Source of the DNA: an uncultured Planctomycetales bacterium
GTDB taxonomy: Bacteria; Planctomycetota; UBA1135; JACQFD01
DNA: 64,000 nucleotides
Assembly: GCA_964545855.1 (NCBI GenBank)
Contig: CAZJHD010000001.1
Coordinates: 3,428 to 67,427, forward strand
Reading direction: 5' to 3'
Shown: positions 7,451 through 16,575 of the stretch, one piece after another
How positions within the stretch are numbered: the stretch's first letter is position 1
Layout of the letters: the number at the start of each line of letters is the position of its first letter
Notes under the pieces: model-generated
Databases searched by the model: none
What the model saw: the letters and a program-made list of their open reading frames with translations, nothing else
Told to the model about the DNA's origin: nothing
Position numbers and translations under genes: made by a program

Positions 7451-9577
7451 TCAGGGTCGTTCCAGCATCGAGCGGACCTGCTCGGCGAGCGGATGGTCCG
7501 GCGCCTCGGCGAGGGCCCGTTCCAGCTCCGTGTGCCCCTCGAGTCTCCGGCCGATCCCGAGGAGCGCCGATCCAAGCTCGAACCGCACGTCGACATCGCC
7601 AGGGGCGAGGTCGAGCGCGCGCCGCAGGCTCGTGACACCGGCATCGGGAGAGCCCCGCGCGAGCTGGAGACGGCCCAGGGCCGCGTGCGTCGCGGCGGCT
7701 CCGGGGGCGAGATCGGCGGCGCGCTGCAGCTCCGGGAGCGCGGCGTCGGGCTGGCCCGTCGCGAAGAGCGCGCAGCCGAGGAAGTAGCGCGCATCGGCGT
7801 TCGTCGGCTCCAGGTCGACGGCGGTTCGCAGCTCCAGGACGGCGGCGTCGTGGGCGCCCCGTCCGTAGAGGAGGCGCCCCAGGTTGAAGCGGGCGCGGCC
7901 GAAGTTGGGACGCAGATCGACGGCGCGGCGCAGCTCCCGCTCCGCGCGGTCGACGTCGCCGAGCGCCGCCGCCGCGACGCCGGCGAGCACCGCCGCGTGC
8001 TCGTTCGTCGGGTACTCCTCCGACACCTGCTGGCCGATGCTGAGCGCCTCCTCCGCGCGGCCCCGGATCAGGTGGATCCACGCGAGCCCGAGGTGCGCCT
8101 GGATCACGTCCTCGCTCGACACGAAAACGCGGTCGCGCAGCGAGCGGTCGATGGTGCGCGCGTAGGCCTCGAAGGCGACGTCGAGCTCGGCCGGGTCGCC
8201 GGTCCGCTCGTAGCGCTCCATCGCGATGCGTCCGAGAGCCCGGTGCACGGCGGCGCAGTCGGGGGAGTCGACGGCCGACCGTCCGAAGAGGGTCTCCTCC
8301 GTGCGCCAGACGGGCACGCGCTCGGCGGTTCGCCACGCGAAGGCGGTGGCGACGACGACGACGATCGCGGCGGCGGCCCAGGGCGCGCGGCGCGCCAGGG
8401 CGGCGGCGATCCAGCCGGCGAGGAGCGCCCAGCCGAGGCTCGGCACGTAGAGGAAGCGCTCGGCGAACGGGAAGTACCCGAGGCTGCTCGGCCGCACGAC
8501 CATCGGCAGGATCGTCAGCGTGACGAACGCCGCGAAGGCGAGCGGTGCGCGAAGGCCGCTCCGGCGCAGCGATCCGAGGGCGAGGGCCGCGAGCGCCGCC
8601 GCCCAGAGTCCGCAGAGACCGAAGGCGAGGAGGATCTCGGCGCCGAGGGGCTCGAGGTCGACGCGGAGCGTGCGGAAGGCGTTCAGGCCGAAGGGCTCGA
8701 AGAGCTTTCCCAAGTGTCCGGCGAAGAGCTCGAAGGGGAGCGTCGTGCTCCGCCAGGCCGGCAGCCCGAACCAGGTCTGCCGGATCCCGAAGCCGGCGTC
8801 GAGGCCGTAGACGCGCATGCGCAGCGCGAGGTACGCGACGAGGGCGAGGGCGTAGCCGGCGTAGGGGAGGAGCCGCGGCCGCAGCGGCCGGCGCGACAGC
8901 AGCAGGTCGGCGACGAGGATCGCCGCGGGGATCCCCAGGGCGGATTCCTTCGAGAGGAACGAGAGGAGCGCCAGGAGCGCCGTCGCGCCCGAGAGGATCG
9001 CGGCGCGTCCCCGGCGTCCCGGAGTCCCCGCCGCGTCTCCGGCCGCGAGGCAGGCGAGGGCGGCGGCGAGCGCGAAGGTGGCGGCGACGGCGTCGACCAT
9101 GCCGCTCACCCAGGCGACGGTCTCCGTGTGGACGGGCGTGAGACCGAAGAGCGCCGCCGCCGCGAGCGCGCCCGCCGGAGGCAGGAAGCGCCGCGCGAGC
9201 GCGAAGAGGAGAGCCGTCGCCGCCAGGTGGAAGGCGAGCGCGAGCGCGTGGAAGACGGCGGGGTCCTCGCCGCCGATCGCGTGCCCCGTCGCCAGGACCG
9301 CCGTCATCACGGGCCGGTAGAAGGGCACCCGGTCCGCATCGGCGGGGTTGTAGGCGCTCGCCCAGAAGGAGCGGGTGAGCCAGTCCCCGGCGTTCGAGAA
9401 GCTGCGGATGGCCGGGTTTCCCTCCACGAGCGCGCGGTCGTCATAGACGAAGCCGTTGCGGAGGACACCGCCATAGGCGCCCGCGATGATGGCGAGGATC
9501 GCCACGAGCGCCCCGGCGAGCTTCGAGCCCGAGATGCCTCGGGGGGGCGCAGCGGGCGTCGCGGGATCGATGGCCAC
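7451..9577 (-). CDS. polytopic membrane protein with C-terminal TPR repeats (TMTC/PMT-like glycosyltransferase family)
   Basis: The N-terminus has about 10 hydrophobic helices beginning GGVLRNGFVYDDRALVEGNPAIRS, as in bacterial TMTC/PMT_2-DUF1736 proteins. The C-terminal ~250 aa are tandem TPRs (A..LG......G....A...L..A..L.P). GTG start. Confidence 0.7.
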   Translation of the reverse strand: MAIDPATPAAPPRGISGSKLAGALVAILAIIAGAYGGVLRNGFVYDDRALVEGNPAIRSFSNAGDWLTRSFWASAYNPADADRVPFYRPVMTAVLATGHAIGGEDPAVFHALALAFHLAATALLFALARRFLPPAGALAAAALFGLTPVHTETVAWVSGMVDAVAATFALAAALACLAAGDAAGTPGRRGRAAILSGATALLALLSFLSKESALGIPAAILVADLLLSRRPLRPRLLPYAGYALALVAYLALRMRVYGLDAGFGIRQTWFGLPAWRSTTLPFELFAGHLGKLFEPFGLNAFRTLRVDLEPLGAEILLAFGLCGLWAAALAALALGSLRRSGLRAPLAFAAFVTLTILPMVVRPSSLGYFPFAERFLYVPSLGWALLAGWIAAALARRAPWAAAAIVVVVATAFAWRTAERVPVWRTEETLFGRSAVDSPDCAAVHRALGRIAMERYERTGDPAELDVAFEAYARTIDRSLRDRVFVSSEDVIQAHLGLAWIHLIRGRAEEALSIGQQVSEEYPTNEHAAVLAGVAAAALGDVDRAERELRRAVDLRPNFGRARFNLGRLLYGRGAHDAAVLELRTAVDLEPTNADARYFLGCALFATGQPDAALPELQRAADLAPGAAATHAALGRLQLARGSPDAGVTSLRRALDLAPGDVDVRFELGSALLGIGRRLEGHTELERALAEAPDHPLAEQVRSMLERP

Positions 9578-9967
9578 GGACCGCTTTCTACCCGGTCGCC
9601 CGGCCGTCCTCAGGAGCGCCGTCCCCGGAAACGAACAGAGCCGGACGTCCTTGCGGACGCCCGGCCCCTGAGGGAGCCCATGGGGATCTCACGGGCTCCT
9701 ACCTGGCTCCCGGATCCTCGCTTGGAAGCATGGACCCGAGAGGTTGGTGCGACGGTGCATCGAGGACCGAGCACCTCTGGCCGTTCGACCGGAAGGCTCG
9801 GAGAGGAGCCCGTACGGACCTCACGGGCGTGGAGAGAAGTGTTTGTGAGAGTGCCCGCGAAGGCGTGGCGGACGCCCGCGCGGGCACTCGACGTGGAACG
9901 CTTCAGAGGGAGCAGCGGCGGCTCGCTCGGATCGGGAACGAGCCGCCCACCCCAAGACGATCATCCG

Positions 9968-11590
9968 TCAGGGAACCGAGACGACGAGGAGGTTCGACGC
10001 GGGGAGCGGGAACACCACGTTCAGCAGGTCGATCGTCACCGTCTGGAAGAACACCGCTCCGTGGAACGTCGGCGGCACCGGCACGACGGTCGAGGAGATG
10101 CCGTTGGCGCCCGTCGCCGGCGGGATGTCCAGGAAGTTCAGGTCGCCGCAGCCGCCGATCGACATCGTGAAGTAGGGGAGCGCGTTCACCACCGAGAAGC
10201 ACTGGCTGTAGCCCGGGAGCGGCGTCTGGCCGGGCTGGGGCGACGCGTAGTACAGCGTGAAGTTCGTGCCCGAGGCGGGAGTCGTCGTGCTCGCGAACAC
10301 GATGTTCGACGCGGCCAGAGTGATCGTGACGTTCACGGTGTTGCTCGTGCCCGCCAGCGAGGAGGCCTTGACGCCCACCGTTCCCACCTCGTTCGGCGGC
10401 GGATTGAAGGGCAGGTTGATCGTCGTGTCGTTGACGATCGTGAAGTCCTGCGTCGTGTAGAGCTTCGTGCCGACCTGGACGATCGTGACGCCGGTGAGGC
10501 TGGTGCCGGTGATCGTGAGGACGGGGATGAAGTTCGAAGCGATCGCGATCGGGTCCGGCGAGATCGACGTGATGACCGGCGTCGCCGGAGCCGAGCCGAG
10601 GGCGAAGGGGAACGGCGCCGACTTGTTGGCCTGCGTCGAGCTCGACCCGCTGTTGCGCACGGCGATGTCGCCGGCAGCCACGCCGCTCGGGATGGACACC
10701 GTGATGGTCGTGCCCCCTCCCGTCGAGGCGAGGTTGCTCACCGTGATCGGCTGTGTCGGGAAGGTGGACGTCGCGCCGCCCGTGTTGCGGGTGAACCAGA
10801 CCTGGTTTCCGGTCGCCGAGAAGTTCACGCCGGAGATCGTGATGACGCCGCCGATGGAGAGGTTCCCCGTGACGGAGTTGATCTTCGGCTTGGTGCCCGA
10901 CTTCGCTCCGTAGATGGCCTGCACGCCCGCGACGTCGTCCGCCTCGATGGAGCGGAGGAAGAAGGAGCCCGACGGGCTCGTCCCGGCGAACATCGTCGTG
11001 CCGCCGACGCCGCTGTGCCCGAGGCCGAGAGCGTGGCCGAACTCGTGGCACGCGATGCCCTGGATGTCGACGCGGTTGCTGCCGGTCTCGTTGGCCGGGC
11101 CGTCCTGCCAGTTCCAGTTGTTGTTCGCCGAGTCGTCGAAGACCATCGTCCAGCCGGCATTCGTCGAGCTGGTGACGGCGAAGACGCCGTTCCCGAGGAA
11201 GCCACCGGCCTTCACGACGGACGAGGTGTTGCCGCCGAAGTTCGGCGTGGTGCCCTCGTAGATCCAGTCGAAGTTGGAGTTGCCGCTGCCGAGATTGCCG
11301 GGCTGGAAGGGGTCGCCGTTGCCGTTCCCGCCGCGGAGTTCCGAGTTCCACTCGACGGCGCCCTTCCAGAGCGCCATGGCGGCTCCCGTGGAGCCGGGGA
11401 AGTTGGCGTCGGCTGCGAGATTGTTGTTCGCGTTCGGATCGGCGAACGACGTGGGGTTCACCTGGAACCCGGTTTCGTTGCCGGCGAGGCTCGTGCCGAG
11501 GAGCGAGAAGCCGATCGAGGAGCGGGGGAACGCTCCGATGGCTGCCGCGGCGACGAGCGCCGCAGGGAGGAGGATGCGAGAGAGCTTCAT
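9968..11590 (-). CDS. secreted matrixin-type (M10 metzincin) zinc metalloprotease with C-terminal IPT/TIG-like beta domains
   Basis: Signal peptide MKLSRILLPAALVAAAAIGA. Zinc motif HEFGHALGLGHS (HExxHxxGxxH). This is followed by repeated Ig-like segments (ITISGVNF, LTITGTSL). Asn/Ser/Thr-rich composition, and lower local GC. Confidence 0.85.
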   Translation of the reverse strand: MKLSRILLPAALVAAAAIGAFPRSSIGFSLLGTSLAGNETGFQVNPTSFADPNANNNLAADANFPGSTGAAMALWKGAVEWNSELRGGNGNGDPFQPGNLGSGNSNFDWIYEGTTPNFGGNTSSVVKAGGFLGNGVFAVTSSTNAGWTMVFDDSANNNWNWQDGPANETGSNRVDIQGIACHEFGHALGLGHSGVGGTTMFAGTSPSGSFFLRSIEADDVAGVQAIYGAKSGTKPKINSVTGNLSIGGVITISGVNFSATGNQVWFTRNTGGATSTFPTQPITVSNLASTGGGTTITVSIPSGVAAGDIAVRNSGSSSTQANKSAPFPFALGSAPATPVITSISPDPIAIASNFIPVLTITGTSLTGVTIVQVGTKLYTTQDFTIVNDTTINLPFNPPPNEVGTVGVKASSLAGTSNTVNVTITLAASNIVFASTTTPASGTNFTLYYASPQPGQTPLPGYSQCFSVVNALPYFTMSIGGCGDLNFLDIPPATGANGISSTVVPVPPTFHGAVFFQTVTIDLLNVVFPLPASNLLVVSVP

Positions 11591-11675
11591 GGATTCCTGG
11601 TTCGTGTTCGGTTCTCGATGAATTCGTGGGGGGTCGCGAAGAGCGCACCTCGCAGCGAGGCGCGTCGGATCGGCG

Positions 11676-12236
11676 CTACTTGGTGCGGCGGATCTCGGCG
11701 AGTTCCGCGGCGACTTGCTTGCGGAGATCGCTCGCGAGGACGTTCTTCTCCACCGCGAACCCCTCGCCCTTGCCGATCACCACGTCGCCCTTGGGGCCGG
11801 ACTCGACGCGAAAAACTCCGCCCTGCGCCGCCATCAGCGAATGGAGTCCCGTGCGGCCTCCCCATGCGCTCTTCACCGCGACGGAGAAGAAGAGACCGCT
11901 CGTTCCGACGCGCGTCTCGCTCTCGGCGGGCATCTCGCTCACGGGGTTCTTGTCGGATCCGAGATAGGTGATCTCGTGGATCACTTGACCGCCGCGGATC
12001 AGGTCTTCTCCCTGGATCTTCACGGTCGTGAAGTCGGGGTCGACCTCGAAGCCCTCCAGTGGGCCCGTCCAGACGTTCTTCTCGAGGACCGTTCCGATCA
12101 CGCCCGAGTCGGTTCGCTCGAGCATCTCGCGGAGGGTCAGGTGGACGATCGACGCCGTCGCGAGCGAAACCGCCGCGAGGCTGAAGATCACGAGGGCAGA
12201 CAGAGTGCGACTTCGATTCAAGACAGGAGCTCCCAA
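11676..12236 (-). CDS. hypothetical signal-anchored or secreted protein
   Basis: 186-aa ORF with an N-terminal hydrophobic segment (LSALVIFSLAAVSLATA) and normal, non-Arg-rich composition. Only TTG starts are available (12236 or 12221). No domain recognised. Confidence 0.55.
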   Translation of the reverse strand: MGAPVLNRSRTLSALVIFSLAAVSLATASIVHLTLREMLERTDSGVIGTVLEKNVWTGPLEGFEVDPDFTTVKIQGEDLIRGGQVIHEITYLGSDKNPVSEMPAESETRVGTSGLFFSVAVKSAWGGRTGLHSLMAAQGGVFRVESGPKGDVVIGKGEGFAVEKNVLASDLRKQVAAELAEIRRTK

Positions 12237-12482
12237 AGGGCTACGAGAGAGAGGGAGGGTGTTTGGTAGGGCTCGGGTGAAGCCCCGGCGGCGCCGGGCC
12301 GCTGCAACCCCTTGGAGGGTGCGGAGCAGGGTGAATGTTCCCTCGGAGTCTACCTCCGAGCGCAGGGCAAGGAGGCGAGGGGCGCGGCGACAGTCGATGC
12401 TATCAGAAGATATGTAATGACAATCTCTTGAGGCAGATTCCCTCTCGCCGCGGCCCGGAGTCGACGATCCTGCATCGTCTGC

Positions 12483-15320
12483 CTACCGGTCCTCGCCCCC
12501 CTCGAGCCGCTCCACCAGTTCCTCGTCGGCCGCTCGCTGCGAAAGCTCCGCGGCGCGCCGCGCCCAAGTGAGGGCTTCGGTCTTCTCGCCACGGGCCGCG
12601 AGAGTCTCGGCGAGCGCGCGCGCGAGACCCGCAGACGTCGGCATCTCGGTCACTTCGCGCCGCAGGACCGCGAGCGCGTCGTCGCCTCGGTCGAGAGCCG
12701 ACAGCACGGCCGAGCGCTCGATGGCGACCGCCTCCCGACCCTCGGGCTCGGTCGGTGGCGCGCCCTCGAGCAGCCCGAGGGCCATCTCGGGCGCGAGGAG
12801 CTGACGGAGCGCCCAGGATGCCTCGCAGGAGGCCGCCCAGCTCCCGGGATCGGCGGCGCGCATCGACTCGGCGAAGCGCAGGAGTCGAGAGACGTCGGAC
12901 TGGAGACGAAGGAGGAACGCCGTCTGCCGAAACGCTCGGCGCGTCGGCTCGAAGCCCGGATGCGCGCGCGCGCTCGCGACGAGCGCGTCGATCGCTTCCT
13001 GGGGCACCGGCTGTTGCTCCGCCGGCGACCGGAACGCGGAGATGCGCCACTCCGTGCTCTCCATCGCCACCAGCGCCTGGAGCCACGCGCGCACTCCCGC
13101 GCGGTGACCCGTCGCTCCCGCATTCGCTCCCTCGAACCACGCGAGCACCGCGCGCAGACCCTCGGCGTCGTCGGCCGTCTCGACGGGCCGCGACGCGGAG
13201 GGTGCGCGCAACCGGTCGAGCTCACGGTCGAAGGCGACCGCGGGGAGCCATGCGAGAGCCGAGCGCGCGAGCGTCGGGGCCTGCGGCCCGCCGAGGATGC
13301 AGGCGGCGAGGGAGTCCGCCGATCGAGGCAGCGCAGCGAGTCGCGGAGCCGAAGGCGATCCGAGCTCCGGCGGGCGCGGCGAAACGGGCACCGCCGCCGC
13401 CGACGCGAAGAACGCGATCCAAGGGGCTCGGAGTCCGTCGGCCAGCACGGCGATGCCGCGCCCCGGCGATCCGTCGAGGTAGCCCGGAGCCAGGCGCTCG
13501 ACGAGGGCGCGAGGGGCCGTGCGCGCGTCGAGGAAGCAGACGAGGAGCCCCGTCGGCGAGAGCGATGCCTCCAGGGCTCGGAGGTGCTGGGGCGTCCAGC
13601 GCGGGGCGACGGCCGCGACCCCGACCGGCTCCGGCGGCAGGATCACGAGATCGAACCCGCGCCGTCCGGGGGCGCACCGCAGACCGTCGTCTCCGGCGGC
13701 GGCGAGCTCCACCGCGCCGAATCGAAGGGCGACGGCGGTCTCCGTGGCCGGCCGCGGCGCCGACTCGATGCGACCGGCGCGGGCACCGTGGAGGACCTCC
13801 ACGGCCTCGGGGATCGGCGGCCCGAGGTAGAGCACCGTGGCGGGCGCCGGGCGCAGCGAGAGCGCGAAGGCGAGGGCGAGCGCCGTGCTCTCCGCGTCGT
13901 CGGGTGCCGGCGTGACGGACGTGCGGTCGAGCCGCACCCGCTGGAAGCGCGTGAGCTCGTGCCGGTCGCGGCGTCCCGGCTCGTCGACGAGGAGTGCGAT
14001 GCCGTCGATCGACTCGCGCACGGCGCGCACGACGTGACGCTCGGCGACGCGGGCCTCCGTGACGAAGAGGCTCGTGGGACGGAATTCGACGGGAGGCAGG
14101 AGCACGACGCTCGCGGCGGCGACGACGGCCGCGGGGATTCGGAGCGCCGCGCGCGTCCATGTCGACCCCGTCCTTCCGGGCGCCAGCGCCGCCGCCGCGG
14201 CGAGACCGAGGGTCGCCGCCCAGGCGAGGCGCTCGAGGCCGCCCTCGAAGACGACGCCGGAGCCCGCCTGGCGCGACCCGCCCTCGGCGAGCACGACCGC
14301 CGCGAGGCACCCGGCGGCGAATCCCATCGCGATCCCCACGAGCGCCCGCTTCCCACCGGCGTGCAGCGCCGCGTCGAGCAGGGCGCCGGTCCCGAGCGCG
14401 GCGACTCCGCCGGTCGTCACCACCATCAGCGCCGCCCAGAGAGGCCCGTCGACACCGAGGGCCGAGCCGGGCTCGGCGCCGAAGCGCCGCAGATGCGCCT
14501 CGAACGCCTGGGGCGACGAGAGGACCACGAGCTGCCTCCACGCGATCGAAGTGCCCACCGCAGCGACGGTCGCGCCGAGCGCAGCGCCGGCGGGCGCCGC
14601 GCGCAGAACCGGTCCGATGATGGCGGCTCCCAGGGCCGTCAGCGCGAGCAGGAGGCCGTCGATCTGGGCATGGTCGAAGGGAGTGCCGGTGACGAAGGAG
14701 CGCAGGGGAAGGCGCAGCTCCGCGAAGGCCAGGGCGGCGGCTCCTCCGGCGATCGCTCCGCCGAGCCAGGCGACGGCCGAAGCAGGTTCTTCGGCCGCGG
14801 ACTCCGGTACACGCGATGCTCCGAGGGCCGCGAGGAGCGGCGCGCCGAGCGCGAGCGCCTGCGCGGCTGGCAGGGGGATCCACGGACCGTCCAGCAGCGC
14901 GAGGGCGGCGACGGCTCCCGTGGTCGCGACCGCGAGCGACGGGCGACGGGCGCCCACTTCCGCGCCGAGAGCCGCGAAGGGCGCGCCCGCGAGTAGGGCG
15001 GCGAGGAAGAGCGTGACCGCGTCGGCACGCCAAGCGTCGCCCGCCGCCACGACGGCTCCCGAGAGGAGCGCCTCGGCGTGAGGAGCCGCCGCGAGGACGG
15101 CGGCGGCGAGGAGCGCCGCGCCCCAGCGTGCGAGGACGTCGAGCGGCCGCGCGCGCAGCGCGCCGAGTGCGAAGCACGCCGCCGCCGCGCCGGTGACGAG
15201 GTGCGCTGCCCGTCCGTCGCCGCCGAGGGCGGCGGAGCACGACCGGAGGAGTCCGAGCGCGCCGATGCAGCAGGCCCACGCGATCGCGAGGGAGAGGAGG
15301 AGGCGCGGAGCGCGGCCCAT
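12483..15320 (-). CDS. large polytopic membrane protein with a spermidine-synthase-like (class I methyltransferase fold) region and a TPR-like C-terminus
   Basis: 945 aa with an ATG start. The first ~430 aa are Ala/Leu/Gly-rich TM helices. The middle segment VLYLGPPIPEAVEVL...GFDLVILPPEP...LSPTGLLVCF resembles fused MFS/spermidine-synthase proteins. The C-terminus is helical-repeat-like. The functional call is tentative. Confidence 0.55.
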   Translation of the reverse strand: MGRAPRLLLSLAIAWACCIGALGLLRSCSAALGGDGRAAHLVTGAAAACFALGALRARPLDVLARWGAALLAAAVLAAAPHAEALLSGAVVAAGDAWRADAVTLFLAALLAGAPFAALGAEVGARRPSLAVATTGAVAALALLDGPWIPLPAAQALALGAPLLAALGASRVPESAAEEPASAVAWLGGAIAGGAAALAFAELRLPLRSFVTGTPFDHAQIDGLLLALTALGAAIIGPVLRAAPAGAALGATVAAVGTSIAWRQLVVLSSPQAFEAHLRRFGAEPGSALGVDGPLWAALMVVTTGGVAALGTGALLDAALHAGGKRALVGIAMGFAAGCLAAVVLAEGGSRQAGSGVVFEGGLERLAWAATLGLAAAAALAPGRTGSTWTRAALRIPAAVVAAASVVLLPPVEFRPTSLFVTEARVAERHVVRAVRESIDGIALLVDEPGRRDRHELTRFQRVRLDRTSVTPAPDDAESTALALAFALSLRPAPATVLYLGPPIPEAVEVLHGARAGRIESAPRPATETAVALRFGAVELAAAGDDGLRCAPGRRGFDLVILPPEPVGVAAVAPRWTPQHLRALEASLSPTGLLVCFLDARTAPRALVERLAPGYLDGSPGRGIAVLADGLRAPWIAFFASAAAVPVSPRPPELGSPSAPRLAALPRSADSLAACILGGPQAPTLARSALAWLPAVAFDRELDRLRAPSASRPVETADDAEGLRAVLAWFEGANAGATGHRAGVRAWLQALVAMESTEWRISAFRSPAEQQPVPQEAIDALVASARAHPGFEPTRRAFRQTAFLLRLQSDVSRLLRFAESMRAADPGSWAASCEASWALRQLLAPEMALGLLEGAPPTEPEGREAVAIERSAVLSALDRGDDALAVLRREVTEMPTSAGLARALAETLAARGEKTEALTWARRAAELSQRAADEELVERLEGGEDR

Positions 15321-15465
15321 CTCCCGACTGTGCGGTGCCCGCGTTCCCCGATCCAGCGGCGGCGTGACGCGGGATCGGCCGCGCCGCCTTCCCGCACGCG
15401 GCCATGGTGTAGGGATCGCGGTGCCGGGCTGTTGATCGGACGCCCGTCTGCCCCACTCTGAGGTC

Positions 15466-16575
15466 GTGAAAGAACCGATGCCGGCCTCCGTCCGTCGCGG
15501 GCGGATCCGCGCGCTGCTCGCCTGGTGGGACGCGGGCCATCGAGACCTGCCCTGGCGCCGAACGCGCGATCCCTACGCCATCTGGGTGAGCGAAGTGATG
15601 CTGCAGCAGACGCGCGTCGAGGTGGCGCGCGGCTATTGGGAGCGGTTCCTCGCGCGATTCCCGACGGTCGCGGCGCTCGCGCGAGCGCCCCTCGACGACG
15701 TGCTCGCCGCCTGGTCGGGGCTCGGCTACTACCGACGCGCACGCCATCTCCACGAAGCGGCGCGGTCCGTCGCGGCGCGGCCGCTCCCCGAGCTGCCGCG
15801 GGATCCGGCCGGCCTGCTGGGCCTTCCCGGATTCGGGTCCTACACGGCGGGCGCCTTGGCTTCGATCGCGTTCGACGTGGCCGTCCCGGCCGTCGACGGC
15901 AACGTCCTCCGGGTGCTGAGCCGGTGGCTCGCGCTGCGTTCGGATCCACGGGCGGCTCCCGGTCGGCGCGTCGTCGAGGCGGAGGCGCGCGCACTCGTCG
16001 AGGCGAGCGATCGGCCCGGCGACTGGAACCAGGCCCTGATGGAGCTCGGAGCGATGGTCTGCACCCCGTCGAGTCCGCGTTGCGAGGGCTGCCCCGTCGC
16101 GCGCTCCTGCGGCGCTCGCGCTCTCGGTCTCGTCGGGAGCATTCCGGCGCTGAGGAGCCGGCGGCCCTCGGTGCGCGTGCGGCAGGCGGCGGCACTCGTG
16201 CGACGCGGCGGCGACTACCTCTTCGTCCGGCGCCCCGAGGCCGGCACGCTCGCCGGTCTCTGGGAGCTGCCCACGATCGAGATCGAGGAAGGAGCCGAGT
16301 CCGGCACTCGGCTCGCGCGCTACGTACGGGATCGGACCGGCCTCGCCGTCACCGTCGGAGCGAGCGTCGCTCGGGTCCGACATACGATCACGTTCCATCG
16401 CATCGAGATCGAAGCCCGCGAGGCTGCGACTCGGCGCGGCACGGCCCGTCCACCGGCGAGCTGGCTCTCGCCCGAGGAGGCGCGTCGCGCGGGTCTCACC
16501 GCCGCGACGCGCAAGCTCCTCGACGCGTCCACCCGAACCGAACGATTCTCCGCTCCCCGAACGCCCTCCCCGTGA
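15466..16575 (+). CDS. mutY: A/G-specific adenine DNA glycosylase
   Basis: RDLPWRRTRDPYAIWVSEVMLQQTRV, GLGYYRRARHLH, Fe-S loop C-x6-C-x2-C-x5-C (CTPSSPRCEGCPVARSC), and a C-terminal Nudix-like domain. Confidence 0.9.
   Translation: MKEPMPASVRRGRIRALLAWWDAGHRDLPWRRTRDPYAIWVSEVMLQQTRVEVARGYWERFLARFPTVAALARAPLDDVLAAWSGLGYYRRARHLHEAARSVAARPLPELPRDPAGLLGLPGFGSYTAGALASIAFDVAVPAVDGNVLRVLSRWLALRSDPRAAPGRRVVEAEARALVEASDRPGDWNQALMELGAMVCTPSSPRCEGCPVARSCGARALGLVGSIPALRSRRPSVRVRQAAALVRRGGDYLFVRRPEAGTLAGLWELPTIEIEEGAESGTRLARYVRDRTGLAVTVGASVARVRHTITFHRIEIEAREAATRRGTARPPASWLSPEEARRAGLTAATRKLLDASTRTERFSAPRTPSP

Noticed and set aside
9578-9967. Possible tRNA, SRP RNA, RNase P RNA or tmRNA in the large intergenic gap (GTTCGAC at about 9783, CCGGAAGG at about 9789)
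   Set aside because: The GTTCGA has no flanking T-stem complement or acceptor stem. SRP (GGUCCGGAAGGAAGCAGCC), RNase P (GGAAAGUCCGGGC) and tmRNA end motifs are absent on both strands. It is kept only as an unclassified structured region.
7493-11971. 1492-aa ORF on the plus strand, opposite the TPR glycosyltransferase and the metalloprotease
   Set aside because: It is an antisense shadow. It is Arg/Glu/Gly-rich low complexity, whereas the minus-strand products have clear TM/TPR organisation and an HExxHxxGxxH site.
12380-12450. AT-rich patch (GATGCTATCAGAAGATATGTAATGACAATCTCTTG) as a sigma-70 promoter for the 11676..12236 gene
   Set aside because: On the minus strand, TTGTCA and TAGCAT are separated by only 15 nt, and the patch lies about 170 nt from the start codon. 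This is plausible but not supportable as a defined promoter.
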